A stretch of 64,000 nucleotides of DNA from the human T2T-CHM13v2.0 reference genome, Homo sapiens: the NCBI RefSeq assembly GCF_009914755.1, contig NC_060925.1; one strand, written 5' to 3'. Each line of letters opens with the position of its first letter. Position 1 is the first letter of the stretch. A program made the position numbers and the translations under genes. The notes under the pieces are model-generated. The model saw nothing but the letters and a program-made list of their open reading frames with translations. It had not been told where the DNA came from and ran no database searches. Of this stretch, positions 40,560 through 59,656 are shown in pieces.

Positions 40560-41910
40560 TTTATTCATTCATCCTTTAAACAAATGTTTATTAAATGCCT
40601 ACTCTGTTCCAAGCCCTGTTTTAGGGCAATGGAGGTATAGTCCAAGGCTTTAAGGGGTTCACAATCTAGTGGGGCAGGGGAAAAGTTAGATGCTTATATG
40701 ATAAAACAGGAAATTAAGGGGATAACATTCAGCACAGGGTGTTAATCAGACTTGATGTAGAGATGGGATCAGAGAGAGTTTCTCTTGGAGGAGATGATAC
40801 TTCAACTGAGTTTTAAGGAGAAGTACAATTATCCAGATGAAGAATGGTCGTGGGGCGAGCAGAGTGAAGAAAGAGGTAGGCAGAGGGTGGCATCTCTAGT
40901 GCACGTACAGAGGTGAGAAACAGTATGCTGAGTGCAGTAAAAAACAAGTTGTGGGGCAGAGCATCAGTTAGAGAAACAGTCAGAGGCCAGATTTTAAAAT
41001 ACCTTGTATATTGTGCTTTGACTTAATATCATAGGTAAACTTTTCTTGGAATGTGATATACACATTCTGTGAGATACTCCTTCAACCCCAATCCCTGAAA
41101 AACTATGCAGGGCAGGGGAAAGGGTAAGAAAATGTTGCATTCTATAGTCTCTCTTGGAGAATCTCAATGTATATCAGCATATTAAAAATTCTGAAGAGTT
41201 CTTCAAGAAGTTCTAAAAGAAACCCATTTAACTTTATTTAAGCCACCATTTCCCAAACTAATTTGAGCATGGAAACTTCTTTTTTCATGCAGTTTCTATT
41301 AGCATCCCATGGAACAAGTGTTCTTTGAAACTCACAATGGAAAATGTAGGCACTGAGGAGTCATTTAGGGTTTTAAGCAGGAAGGAGGTATAGTCACATG
41401 TCTTTTAGTAAGTCACTATAATTTGAGAATGGAAATATTGGAGACAAGGGGACCAATTGAAAGTTATCGTCTGGACAAGAGATTATGACGGCCTAAATTA
41501 AGATTCACAAGAATGGAAAGGGGTGTATTTGACAAACATTTAGAAGGTAAGATTGATAGAGCTTGGAGAAGGATAGAGGAAGAGGACTGACTCCAGCAAC
41601 CAATGGTCTAATTCACTAACACTTGGAATATAACAGTAGGCTTGGGATGAGTTCAATATGGATTTGAGGTAGAGTGAAAGGAGAAGCTGTCTAGCCACCA
41701 CTGGATTCATGAGTCTAAAGAGCTGGTGTTGAAAGGTATGGAAGGAAGATTACAGATTTGTAGAGCATCTATGCATAGTGTTAAAATCATGAGCGTAGCT
41801 GGGACTAAAGAAGGAGAGACTATAAAATAAGAACAGTGGACAGAGTTAATTGTCCTGAGGTGCACCAACATTAAAGGGTTAAAAAGAGTTCATAGAGGAG
41901 ACTGAAAAGG
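40560..41910. mobile_element. Degraded L2 fragments
   Basis: caaatgtttattaaatgcctactctgttccaagccctgttttagg and downstream purine-rich L2-like sequence. Confidence 0.6.
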
Positions 41911-42023
41911 AAAGGGGTCATAAACACAGGAAGAATGCCAGAGTAGAAGGTACTCTTAGGAAAGCTATTCAAAAATAGCATGCAGCAAGTCCTTCCATGG
42001 GATTGTTGGTTTAAAAAAGTAAA

Positions 42024-42567
42024 TGTGGTAGGTCATTATAACAATGACTGCAGTGTGTCATGCCTCTCTGTGTCCATGCCCACTTTGCAATTGGCATCGC
42101 TGTTTCCCCATTAAGAGGTGTAATCTACTTTTCTACTCATTGACTCTGGACTGGTTTTGTGATTTGCTTTGACTAATAAAATGGGGGTAAAAGTGACATT
42201 GTTCAGGCTCCAGAGCCTGGAACTTAAGAGGCTTTGTGGCTTCCCCTCTCACCCTGTTGGAACCCAGAGACCATGCTGTGAAGAAGCCCAGTCCAGCCAA
42301 CTATACAGAATAGGCCATAGAGGGGAGAAACAAAGCACCCTGGAAGACAACTAGCATCAGCTGCCAAACCTGCGAGTGAGGACATCCTGGACCCTCCAAC
42401 CATAGCTGATCTAGGAAATGACCACAGGCATAAGAGTGATCCAAAGCGAGACCAACAATAGAATCACCTGGATTGCCAACACACAGAACCATGAGAAATA
42501 ATAAATCATTGCTTTAAGCCACCAAGGTCTGGGTTGCTTGGTTAAACAGCAGACGCTGACTAAAACA
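42024..42567 (+). mobile_element. MLT1 (G/H-like) 5' LTR, followed by MaLR internal sequence (42568-43036 and 47173-47905) and a partial 3' LTR from about 47907
   Basis: tgtggtagg...gaaccatgagaaataataaat...ctttaagccac; internal ctttggaactggg motif. Confidence 0.7.
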
Positions 42568-43046
42568 GGAAAAATCAGTATCAATTGTGGAGAGCCTCCA
42601 GAAATTAAAACATACTGCATTAGCTTTGGAACTGGGTGGTGGGCAGAGGGTAGGGGGGCAGTGAGAAGACTGTTAGTGGAAGCTGGAAGAGCAGTGGGGA
42701 AACTGTAGCAGGAGGCTGGAGGGAGGCAGCCATGCTATCAAAAGGCAGTACCACTGGCCAGGCTGTCACCTGAGGCAACTCGGAAGACAGAAAATGTACC
42801 TCATGAATCTGCTAAGAGGATTTCTAGATTTCTAATATTCCAGGAACATTAAAAGTACTGCTTTTTGTTAGCTTCATATGATAAGGTAGAGAAAGACAGA
42901 GACAGGGATAAACCAAAGAGAAATAGTTCAGTCTTAAAGCAGAACTTAGACAAAATATAGAAGCCATGGTTTGCCAGGTTGGAAAGTAAACATGTTTCTC
43001 GTCTATGGTTTCTACAGCTGGCAAAGATCTAAGAGTAAAGACCAAA

Positions 43047-47165
<4,119 letters not shown>

Positions 47166-48379
47166 GACCAAATCCAGGGTGCTGCCAGTAAAATATGGCC
47201 TCTGCTTCCAAATCAAATCAAGGGTGTGGCTGAAGGCCCTTTGTTAAGACCACCCAAAGATTCAAGGTCGTATTTCATCTACCTTCTCAACAAGACTAAA
47301 GGCCTCCTCAGACTCATATCTGCATTGTCTGATACAGTCAACAGTCTACCTGAAAAGAAACTGTGAAGTGGGGCGGACTAAACCAGAGTCATGGAAAACA
47401 AACAATTTTTACGGTAATTGTGCTAGATTGGACAAAAAGGGACGGAGACAGTTCTAAGTGAATATAAATAAACCTCCCAGTTTTCTACAGGCAGAAATCA
47501 AACTGAGAAAGCCACTTGGCTACAAGCATGGATTATTTCCTATGGAAACGGAAAGAATGGGGAGAATTGGTATGTGTGCCCAGATGGATTTCAGAATTGC
47601 CATGGACACGTAATTTCTCAGGCCATCCCATTCTTCCCCCTCTTAAACAGTAGTGTCTGTTGATCATCACTGAATATTGGGTGTCTGGGGGGCAGATAAC
47701 TTTTCTTTTTAGTTCACAGGTATCTAGATCAAGAAGACTCACACTTCAGGAGAGGCAACCAAGGAGCCTCTCGCCTGGATTGCAGATCATAAGATACTGG
47801 ACTTTGAGTCTGGTAGTAAATAGGATGTAGCTTTTTGGGTTCTTGGAAAAGGGTGAGTCTGTTTTACATGTCGGAGGGGTAGAAATATTGTGGCCAGTGG
47901 GCAAACTGTGGAACAGTAAATATGGCCACAAATTCTGTGCATGTCTTACTATTAAGAGGTTGAATCTATTGCCCCACCCCTTGAATTGAGGCAGCCTCAT
48001 TCACAAGTCTGGAAGTTAGGTACTGGCCCTTTTGCCTCAGTTTTCCTCTAGGTGGCTTCTCATTCTTCAGAGACTGCTTCTTTGCATGGCAGTCTCAGGG
48101 TGGCATTCGGAGTGGGAAAAAGGTAGAAGCTACAAATCTTCTCAATGCCTAGGCTCTAGAACGTTCACAAAGCCACTTTTGCCATATTTTATGCTCAAAA
48201 CAAATCACAAGAACAGCCCCAATTCAAGGGATAGGATAAAGATACCACTTTTTAATAGGAGGCTCTGCAAAGAATTTGTGGCCATACGTAATTTTCTACT
48301 GTGGACGAGAGCCTTTCAAACTCTGAGAATATGTTAAACTAAGTATAGAAATGTTTAAAAGAATGAAAATAATTTCTTA

Positions 48380-48808
<429 letters not shown>

Positions 48809-48809
48809 T

Positions 48810-49225
48810 TAACAGAGATTTGAAGGACATATCAGTTCATTGCAATGTGTGGACTTTACTGGAGTTCAATTTGAAAACATAAACTGTAAAAATAAATATT
48901 TATCACATTTCTGAGACAATTGGAAATCTTACCACTGAGTCGACATTTGATGTTATTAAGGAATTATTGTTCACTTTTAAGTATAATGTTAGTATTTTAT
49001 GTTTTTAAAAATACTTTAAAATTTAGAGATATATACTGAAATATTTACAGATGTATGATTTGTTTCAGACTAATACATAAGATGGGGGTTAGGATGCAGC
49101 AGGTATTGGTCACATGTGGATGGTTTTTAAGGTTGGGTGATGGGTACATGAGGATTTATTACACTATTCTATCTACTTTTGCATATGTTAGGAATTCTTA
49201 ATATTGACAATAAGTTTTAAAAAGA
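48810..49225 (+). mobile_element. Ancient L1M (MC/ME) 3' end
   Basis: tgcaatgtgtggacttt...ggtgatgggtacatgagg...tactattct-like motifs. Confidence 0.68.
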
Positions 49226-49836
49226 AACTAAAAAAGAATTCTGGGCACAATTCATATTTTATATACATTTTATATTGAATAAAATTTGTTCCATTTGATT
49301 ATAACTCCAGTTTAAAATGTACAATTTGACAAGCTGGTATAAACTTGATTTTACCAGGTAATCTTCCTATATTTATATAGAACATTTAAATATTAGTATT
49401 ACAACATTTCAAGAGAATTTTTGATTCATCAGATATATTTTAGCTTATTATATCTCTAACAGTTAAATTAGCACTTGAGAGAATTTCGTATAAATGGAAC
49501 TCAGATATGTTAAATTTATAAAAGCAATTTTAAATATTTGAAAATGTTTAATTATCTAGTATGTAAATAGCACCAAACATTATTCTAAGGGCCCTCAAAA
49601 GTGACTGCTAAAATTTGCCAGACATAGAAACAGGATAATAAGGTTTGTGACTTAAACTTCAAGCCTCAGGAAGAAGGAGAATTTTTTTATTTTTTAACTT
49701 TAACAAATCACACATTAATTTTAACAATCAATAGACTATGAGAAGGTAAAGTTTTCAAGTCATCTGAAAATCATATGCAAGGATCAAAGACATTGCAAGA
49801 AAGGAAATTTTAAAACATTATGTGAACAGCACCAAC

Positions 49837-49932
49837 CATTTGTATTGCAGCTACATGCAATCTGGCTTCCTCCATTAAAGCTTCATCTGTTGTGGATTCT
49901 GTCTTCATATCATTATGTGAAACGTGGGAAAA
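49837..49932 (-). CDS. SLC9C2: SLC9C2 exon (96 nt): FSHVSHNDMKTESTTDEALMEEARLHVAAIQM
   Basis: ttcag|TTT acceptor; ATG|gttggt weak donor; phase 0 to 0. Confidence 0.88.
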
Positions 49933-50536
49933 CTGAACCGTATCAGATGACATTTTAAAACATAAAGGGATAAAGTTAAAAATAAGTAAAAATGATTAGG
50001 AACTGGCAAATACTACTCTCAACAAAGATTCCAATAATTCAAAGCAGAATTGCTAGAATGAAGAGCTATGTAATGTTTTTTCATATAAGAAGTGTTGCCT
50101 TCAATTGTGCTAAAGTAAATACTCATTTGGGGAGATTTATATCCCAAATTCTTCTCTAAACTTATCTATATGTTTGATTGCTCTCTAAATCAGCCCATGT
50201 TTTCTGCTTTTTATAACACTTCTACCAGGAGAGAATTATCAGTATCTTAAGCCATTAAAAACATTATCTTGGCAGAGGCCATTGATTGGTACTCAACCAG
50301 CCAGATTGTAAAACATCCATTCTCCTGGTATTTGGCAAATAAAGCTGGATAACCAAGACCTTCTCTTTGGAGACAGAATTCAAACTCATTTCACCAAAAT
50401 AGCAAAGCCAGTAACTATCTCCCCTCAGTTTTGTGACATTTAATTAGCAGAATCAGGTCTTTAACAATAGGCTAAAGCAAGTGAGGCAGACCAAGGGAAG
50501 GAAAGGAAAACTACTTTTTGCCAGGTATCAACTCAC

Positions 50537-50700
50537 AGGAATGTATTCGATCCTCGTTTTATCTTCTACTAAGGTCCAGTTAACATTTGTCAAAATTTTT
50601 TCTGTTTTAAATAAAGTTATTGTGTTCTGTACTATCTCCTGTATGTGCTGAGTGGCATTTTGCAAGATCATTTGTCTTGGGAGGGAAAGAACACACAAAT
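50537..50700 (-). CDS. SLC9C2: SLC9C2 exon (164 nt): (D)LCVLSLPRQMILQNATQHIQEIVQNTITLFKTEKILTNVNWTLVEDKTRIEYIP
   Basis: cacag|AT acceptor; CCT|gtgagt donor; phase 1 to 0. Confidence 0.93.
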
Positions 50701-52267
50701 CTGTGACAAAGACAAAAGCAAAGGCCTTAATAGAGTACAGTGAGGACTGCAAGGGAAAGCAAAAAATGTTGCATGATCATGTAGTGAAATCTTGAGATCA
50801 CCTGCAAACCAGAGTGGTTAGAGCAAGGACAATTTTTCATACAAAACTTTCCAGAAGATTACCCAACTATTTGTTTCTTTTTGGCTGTACAGCTCAACTT
50901 TATCTGACTCAACTGATAAAAAATGTTTATTAGTTTCCTTGCTTTCCCTATAGCTAAAGACATGACTACTTCAACGCACCTAATCCATATTTCTCAAAGT
51001 GTAAAGTGTACAGGTGGAAGGGCTGCCTATTAAACTATGCAAATTCCTGGGTTCCACTCCATACCTACAGAATCAGATTGGCTTGAAAATTTGCATTTTA
51101 ACAAGTTCTCTCATTGTTTCTTATACTGTACATAATAACATTTAAAGGCCAGTGCAGTAGAGATCCCTCAAGTTTAACATCTCTGTTTTCTGGCCAGTGA
51201 ATCAATATGTTCAAAATTTGAAGCATTTTGTATTTTCTTGAGGTATGAACTACAAGGCTCACTTACCAAAGAGAAGAATTAAATGAGTAAATAAGCTTAG
51301 CCTACTTACTCACAATTCCATCTCAATAAAGCTGTTCTCTCCTTAAAATTGCATATGAAATGTCTCTTCAAGGGTTAAATGGCTTCTAAACGTTTCAGTT
51401 TAACTTTATTTCACTCTCTATGGGACACTGCGTACAATGGAGTGATTTGAAGTTTGGGGATTCAGAAAGATCTGTAGGGATATCCCTCTCAAACATCAGG
51501 ATCAGTTCACTGTAACCTGGAGCAAAGAGGCATCTGACTGCCTGCTCCCTTGGATTTAAAATTCCCATGGCTAAGACCACACAAGGAGAAAATGTATTCA
51601 TTTGCCCAATTAGATCCCACCCATATGATGGGGCAACAGCCACTTTCCAGTTGCTCAGGGGAAATATGAAGGCATGTAGGCTACTTGGTGGCACCAGTAC
51701 ATCTGAATATACTCCCAGTGGTTAAGATAATCCTGGAAGAATATGAGGAGGGACCTTTTAAAAGCATTAGACCAGGTGGAAGGAGTTGGTTTGAAACTCT
51801 GACTGATAAAACTCAAGTCCGACAAGCACCTGTTAAATGTGTACCACATGGTATTCCTAGAAACGATGAACATTGACTCTGAAAAGATAAAGTACTTGCT
51901 ATACAATCTTTATTCCACAGTGAGTTAAAAGAAATTCTGAAGCTTGGTTAATACAATCAAAAATTTATAGAGGGGAAAAAAAGAAACAAGACAAAAAAAG
52001 CATTGTCATGATAGTACAATCCCTCACTGATCTCACTTTTGAATACCGGAGTAGGAGGAATCACAAGAAAGGAAGCATGAGAGAAACCCACATATTTTAT
52101 CTTAAAAAAAGAGAGTCAACTGGGTCAGGATCCCTGGCAGCCAAAGGGATTTGGTAGGAAGGAAAGTGTGAGCAAGACTTCCGGCATCAAATTAACTTCA
52201 CTCATGCTGCCTTGTGAGCTTTTGCCAATCCAAGCACACCTTTTCACTGCAAACAAGAATAAACCAA

Positions 52268-52884
<617 letters not shown>

Positions 52885-53017
52885 CTGTATCATTTTTTTT
52901 TTTTAAATGAAGAAGAACAAACACAGCCTGGTGGGGTGGTAAGCACCTGTAGTCCCAGCTACTCTGGAGGCTGAGCCCAGGAATTTGAGACCAGCCTGGG
53001 CAAGATAGTGAGCCGTT

Positions 53018-53020
<3 letters not shown>

Positions 53021-53060
<40 letters not shown>

Positions 53061-53098
53061 AAGGGAAGGGAAGAGGAGGGGAGGGGAGGGGAGGGGAG
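53021..53098. repeat. (GA)n plus G/A-rich polypurine tract after an Alu monomer fragment (52925-53016)
   Basis: Seen directly. Confidence 0.88.
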
Positions 53099-53541
53099 CA
53101 AGTCCATAACTGGGGGAAAAGGAGAGCTGCCTAAAATCTGCCCCACGTGCTAGCCTCACTCAAACATTGGAGCCCTTTGCTTTGAGGTGGGCTGTCACAG
53201 GAAGTTCTGCAATAGTGTTTATGAGGCACAGTTCTAAGAATGTGCAGGACTTTCTGAAAACACCCAAGCAGAGCAGTGTTGTCTCTGAGTAGGACAGGAT
53301 GAATATAGCAGGCTACTTCCATATTTAGAACAACTCTCCTTCAACATTATCCTTCCTTTGCCCTCATTAGTTCCATGCTCTATGAGAAACCTTTTGATTA
53401 CCAATTTGGTTTATCAAGAAAATTGGTATCAGAGGTGAATACTGTGATAATGGTCACAAAAATTTCAGACATAGAAATTCATCCTCATTATAAACTAGTA
53501 AATCGGCCTTCTGGTTTATTGATGAATCTGTGAATGTGGTG

Positions 53542-55964
53542 CAGGCATGCCTTATCTCATTGTGCTTTACCTTATTGTGCTTTGCAGATATTACAGTTCT
53601 TACAAATTGAAGGTCTGCAGCAACCCTGCATCTAGCAAGTCTATCAGCACCATTTTTCCAACAGTATGTCCTCGCTTCATATCTCTGTGTCTACATTTTG
53701 GTAATTCTCACAATATTTCAAACTTTTTCATTATTATTATATCCATGATGGTGATATGTGATCAGTAGTCTTTGATATTACTAATGTAATTGCGTTGGGG
53801 CACCACAAACTGCACCCACATAGGACAACAATCAGTAAGTGTGTGTTCTGACTGCCCCTCAGACTGGCCATTTCTGCATCTCTCTCTCGCTCTCTCCTTG
53901 GATCTCGCTATTCCCTGAGACACACAGTATTGAAATTAGGCCAATTAATAACCCTACAATGGCTTCTAAGTGTTCAAGTGAAAGTAAGAGTCATACATCT
54001 CTCACTTTAAATTAGAAACTAGAAATGATTGAATTCAGTGAGGAAGGCAGGTTGAAAGCCGAGATAAGCCAAGCACTAGGCCTTTTGCACTAGTCAGCCA
54101 AGTTGTGAGTGGAAAAAAAAATCTCTTGAAAGAAATTAAAAGTGCTACTCCAGTGAACACACCAATGGTAAGAAGGCAAAACAGCCTTATTGCTGATATG
54201 GAGAAAGATTGAGTGGTCTGAATAGAAAATCAAACCAACACAATATTCCCTTTAGCCAAAATCTAATCTGGAGAAAGGCCCTAACTCTATTCAGTTATAT
54301 GAAGGCTAAGAGAGGTGAGGAAGCTGCAGAAGAAAAGTTAGGAGCTAGCGGAGATTGGTTCATGAGGTTAAAGGAAAGAAGTCATCTCCATTACATAAAA
54401 GTGCAAAGTGAAGAGCAAGTGCTGATGTAGAAGCTGCAGCAAGTTATCCAGAAGATCTAGCTGAGATCATTGATGAAGGTGATTTTCAATGTAGATTTCA
54501 ATGTAGATTCAGCAGATTTTCAATGCAGATAAACAGCCTTATATTGGAATAGAATGCTATGGATGACTTTCATTACTAAAAAGGAAAAGCCAATGCCTAG
54601 CTTCAAAGCTTCAAAGGACAGACTAACTCTTGTTAGGGGCTAATGCAGCTTGTGACTTTAAGTTGAAGCCAATACTTACTTATCATTCTGAAAATCCTAA
54701 GACTCTTAAGAATTAAGCTAAATGTATTCTGTCTGAGGTCTAAAAAATGAAAAAACAAAGCCTGGATGACAGCACATCTCTTTATACCATGGTTTACTAA
54801 ATATTTTAAGCTCACTATTGATATCTACTGCTCAGAAAAAAAAAGATTCCTTTCAAAATATTACTACTCATTGACAATACACTTAGTCATGCAAGAGCTC
54901 TGATGGAGATGGACAAGGAGTTGAATGTTGTTTCCCTGCCTGCCAGCACAACATCCATTCTGCAGCCCAAGTATCAAGGAGTCATTTTGACTTTCAAGCC
55001 TTATTATTTAATAAACACATTTTGTAAGGCTATAGCTGTCATAGATAGTGATTCCTCTGATGGATGTAGGGAAAATCAATAAAAAACCTCATGGATAGAA
55101 TTCACCATTCTAGGTGCCATTAAGAGCATTCATAATTCATAGCAGGAGGTCAAAATATCAATATTAATAGGAGTCAGGAAGAAGTTGATTTTAACCTTCA
55201 TAGATGACTTTGAGGGGTTCAAGACTTCAGTGGAGGAAGTAACTGCAGATGTGGTGGAAATAGCAAGGGAACTAGAATTAGAAGTAGAGCCTGAAGATGT
55301 GACTGAATTGCTGCAATCTCAGGATAAAACTTGCATGGATGAGGAGTTGCTTCTTACAGATGAGTAAACGAAGTGCTTTCTTGATATGGCATCTACTCCT
55401 GGTGAAGATGCTGTGAACATTGTTGAAAGGACAGCAAAGGATTTAGAATATTTTATAAACTTAGTTGCTAAAGTAGTGGCAACAGGTTTTGAGAGGATTT
55501 ATTCCAATTTTGAAAGAAGCTCTACTCTATGTAAAATGCTATCAAACAGCACTGCATGCTACAGAGAAATCTTTCATGAAAGGAAGAGTCAGTTGATGTG
55601 CCAAACTTCACTGTTGTCTTAAAGAAATTGCCACAGCTGCCCAATCTTCAGCAACCACCACCCTGATCTGATCAGTCAGCAGCTATCAACCCTGCACCAG
55701 CAAAAAGATTATGAATTGCTGAAGGCTCAGATGATTGTTAGCATTTTTTTAGCAAGAAAGCATTTTTTCATTAAGGTATGTAAATAGTTTTCTTAGACAC
55801 TGTGCTTTTGATTATAATTGACTACAGTATAGTGTAAACACAACTTTTATATGTACTGGGAAACCATATAATTTGTATGACTTGCTTTATTGTGATATTT
55901 ATTGCATTATTTGCTTTGTCACGTGGTCTGGAATTGAACCTGCAATATCTCCAAGTTATGCCTG
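53542..55964 (+). mobile_element. Full-length Tigger1 (TcMar-Tigger), transposase disrupted
   Basis: caggcat...atgcctg termini; about 2.42 kb; transposase remnants (MASKCSSE..., [39 protein letters not shown]). Confidence 0.93.
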
Positions 55965-56244
55965 ATATGTAAATCTCTAGTAGTCTGATCAATTTTAAAT
56001 ACCCAGACAAAATCGGGTCTCTGTAGCAGCAAAGCTGAGGATCAGGCCATGGCATATTGAACTATACTAAGGCTCTACGATAAGACTTTGCCTAATCTCA
56101 CCCCAGTTTTCTCCTCTCCCCTTGAACCTACTGCCACCAAGTATCTTATCCTGGATTTCTCTACCGAATGTGTCTATTTGTTATTTTATTATATTTATGC
56201 ATTTTATTATAAATGGCCTGAGATTCCTTTTAGAAATAACCAAC

Positions 56245-56736
56245 TGTGGCAGAGCCTGCTGTTATCTCCCAACATCCATTCTCTTCTTCTTCCTTCTGCT
56301 AATAGAATCTCCAAGTTTTGGCTGATCATATCGCCAGCCCGGAAAGATGATATTTCGCAGCTTCCCTTGCCCATGTGTGTCCATGTGACTAAGTTCTGGC
56401 CAATGGAATGTGAGTGATAATGATACATACAGAGGGAGGCTGCTTACCCTCCATTGCCACACACCCCTCCCCCACCATTTCCCCTTTCTAGTTGGTTGGA
56501 TTGTAGACATGGTGGTAGTGAGCAGGCTTCTACCCTGTGGGCAAGAGCAGCACCCTAGGGCATGGAAGAGCAATCAAAGGAAAGGAACTTGGATTTCTAA
56601 ACAACTTTATGTAGAGTAGAACCATCTCACACTTCTGGACTTTTTGGTGGAGGGAAAAAAAAACCTTCTGTCTTGTTTAAGCCTCTGTTCATTTCGCTTT
56701 TGTTAAACTGGCTGAAACAATATCCCAAGTAATACA
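56245..56736 (+). mobile_element. MLT1J-like MaLR LTR
   Basis: tgtggcagag...ccatgtgactaagttctggccaatggaatgtgag...tcttgtttaagcc. Confidence 0.78.
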
Positions 56737-56880
56737 GCATCTAAATATATGAATAAATGAAAAATGAATAATTTCTAAACCAATTCCTTGAGCTTCATGA
56801 GAAATGTCCCCATGACACCCAACAATAACCTGTTTGTATTATTCTCCCCAGCTAATTCATGAATGAGACACATACTTTAC

Positions 56881-56962
56881 CTAACTTCCTGGCTGACTGA
56901 GTCATCACGTATGAATTTATTCCCATTGTCAATAATGATATTACTTGTACATAGAGTATAAA
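56881..56962 (-). CDS. SLC9C2: SLC9C2 exon (82 nt): FILYVQVISLLTMGINSYVMTQSARKL(D)
   Basis: tttttag|TTT acceptor; TTAG|gtaaag donor; phase 0 to 1; last NHE TM helix. Confidence 0.92.
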
Positions 56963-58745
56963 CTAAAAACAAAGCACATAAATAGTTAGAACCAAAACAT
57001 TAAATAAGTTCTCCAAAAGCAATCATTGTTCAATTAGCCACTTACAAAATTCTATTAATATCTTAATCCACATTTTAAAATCCTGTTTCTGATAAGTCAG
57101 TTAAGGCAAAAAGGCAGTTTTGTGGACATTGCCTGAACACACTACACTGGGGCAGACATTAATTTTCAATCTGAATGAGGAAAACAGTAGACTGGAGATT
57201 CTATGCTAAGGACACAGGGAGGAGGTCTCCACAGTTGCCACTCCTGGCAGCAGTCATGCAAAGACAGCACGGTGGTAGCCATCTCAGGCATGGCTGTGGA
57301 ACCTGCAGGGTGGGGAGAAAGCCCAGCAACCACAGGCGGTGGTGACCGTGGGCCACAGAGGGATGTGTGCCTGCCACCAGCATTTGCTACGGCTGTACCA
57401 GAGGCTCTGAAGGAGAAGGCAGGAGCTGTGGTGGGGCCTGGAGAGATGCTGTGCGGAAGGAGAAAGGTAATATTTGTAGGCCATGACTTTGCCATTTCTT
57501 AGCCATGTGATTGGGGGGCAGTTAATTTAACCACCACTCAGAGCCACAGCATCCTTCACTGAAAAGAGGAGTTAATAGTAATTTCTCCTCCAGTGTCTCT
57601 CACACTTGACTAATAACAACAATCACCTGAAGTGCTTGTTAAACATACTGACTCCCGCTGTGGGTTGTGATTCTGTAGGTCTAGGGTGGGATTCTTAACA
57701 CCAGACAGAATTAAGAAACACTGTGAAATGATGCCCAGGTGCTAGTTAACTTCTCATTGACTTGGTTTTAGGCCAATTCCTTGCATAAAAGAGAATCGGA
57801 GGAGCTGTAATGTTGATTATTTTACTTTTCTTTTGGAGCATGGAAAGAACCAAAGTCTTTGCAAAACCACTGGTTATTTGAACTCAAAATTCATGCCCAG
57901 ATCGGGCCCACAGATATAAATCCTCAGAAAAAAAATGTGGTGAGGAATAGGAATATGATACTCCATCAAAAATAGCACTTCCTGTTTGGGGAGTTAGGGC
58001 ACGTGAGGTCTTTCCCTCTCATGCTACATACAGAAGGCTACTACTCTCTTTGATTGGATTTCTCCACATGCAAGATGGAGAGGTCAATAGTTGCTCCCAA
58101 AAAGAAGGTATTAAATAAATACTGTACTCCTTGGGACTTCGGGGCAGCAGCAAAATAGTAAAGAGAAGTTCTAGGATGGAAATTAGACAATAGCAACAAA
58201 CTCTGTACATCTACCTCCAGATTCCTTGGTAGGTGAGTCAGTGCTCTTGAGCTCATATCATTCAAGCGGTTTTCCCCCTCCCAGAAACAGATCTGGGGTT
58301 CATCTGATTAGGAGGTAATGAGAGGCTGATCCTGAAGATTTCTAGCAGCTTCTGGAAACTTCTCTAGCTAGCTCATAGTGCTGTCACAAATGACAAGGTG
58401 CACGGCCAGCAGATGCACTGGGCTCTTTGAATCTTGCCTGGAATGTCAGATGCAGCCACCACCAGACTCCCCAGAAATCTACCAGCTAACCCATGGGGAA
58501 AGGCTTTGAGAAAGAGTGGAAAGGAAACCAAGTTTTGTTTTGTGATACAGATAATGGAGTCTTTGCCCAGAATTTTTCGAGAAATAAATTTTTTAAAATT
58601 AGCCCTAAAGACATAAACCTAACTAGATCTTTAATGTAAAAATATATAAAATCTTTTTTATCTTGGTATACTTAACTAGCATTTCAGTTTTTGTTCTAAG
58701 AACTATAAGGATTAGAATGCTCCTGACAAGAGTATCATTTTTTCA

Positions 58746-59171
<426 letters not shown>

Positions 59172-59487
59172 TCATCTCAATTCTCAACTGAAAGTTGAAG
59201 CTCAGCAAGCCTGGGGAACTTCCTCAAGATCACCCAGCCTGTGAATGGTGGAGTCCAGATCAGAGCCCAAGTTTATCTAATACCACATCCATAACTACTC
59301 CATGACTATTGGTCCCTTTCACATTCTCAACATAAATAACGTTCTGCTCTGTTCCTTTCTACTTAAAAGAATGCATTTTAAAAATCTAATTCAAAGCTGG
59401 TTAACTTTATTACTGGGTTCTCTGACAAGTGGGCAAGATAAGTAAAAATGATAAATATGAATAATCATGAGACATGATCTTTCCTAC

Positions 59488-59656
59488 CATTTGTGGTACT
59501 TCCACTTTTCGTTCAGCGAGATTATAAACATCAGGAGCCCAGAGTAAATTAAAAACTCCTTTAATTCCAGACCACGTGATTACAACTCCCCATCGCCAAT
59601 TATATTCATAATTTGAATGCATCAAAATAGGGCTCACTAACAAAATAGTAAGCAAC
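59488..59656 (-). CDS. SLC9C2: SLC9C2 exon (169 nt): (R)LLTILLVSPILMHSNYEYNWRWGVVITWSGIKGVFNLLWAPDVYNLAERKVEVPQM
   Basis: acag|GTTG acceptor; ATG|gtagga donor; NHE TM motif WSGIKG. Confidence 0.93.

Noticed and set aside
51395-51906. Overlapping non-repeat ORFs of 63-99 aa
   Set aside because: No recognisable domain or pseudogene hallmarks; lengths are within chance expectation
53959-55622. Tigger1 transposase as a domesticated TIGD-like gene
   Set aside because: Early TAG and many frameshifts; only short remnants remain open
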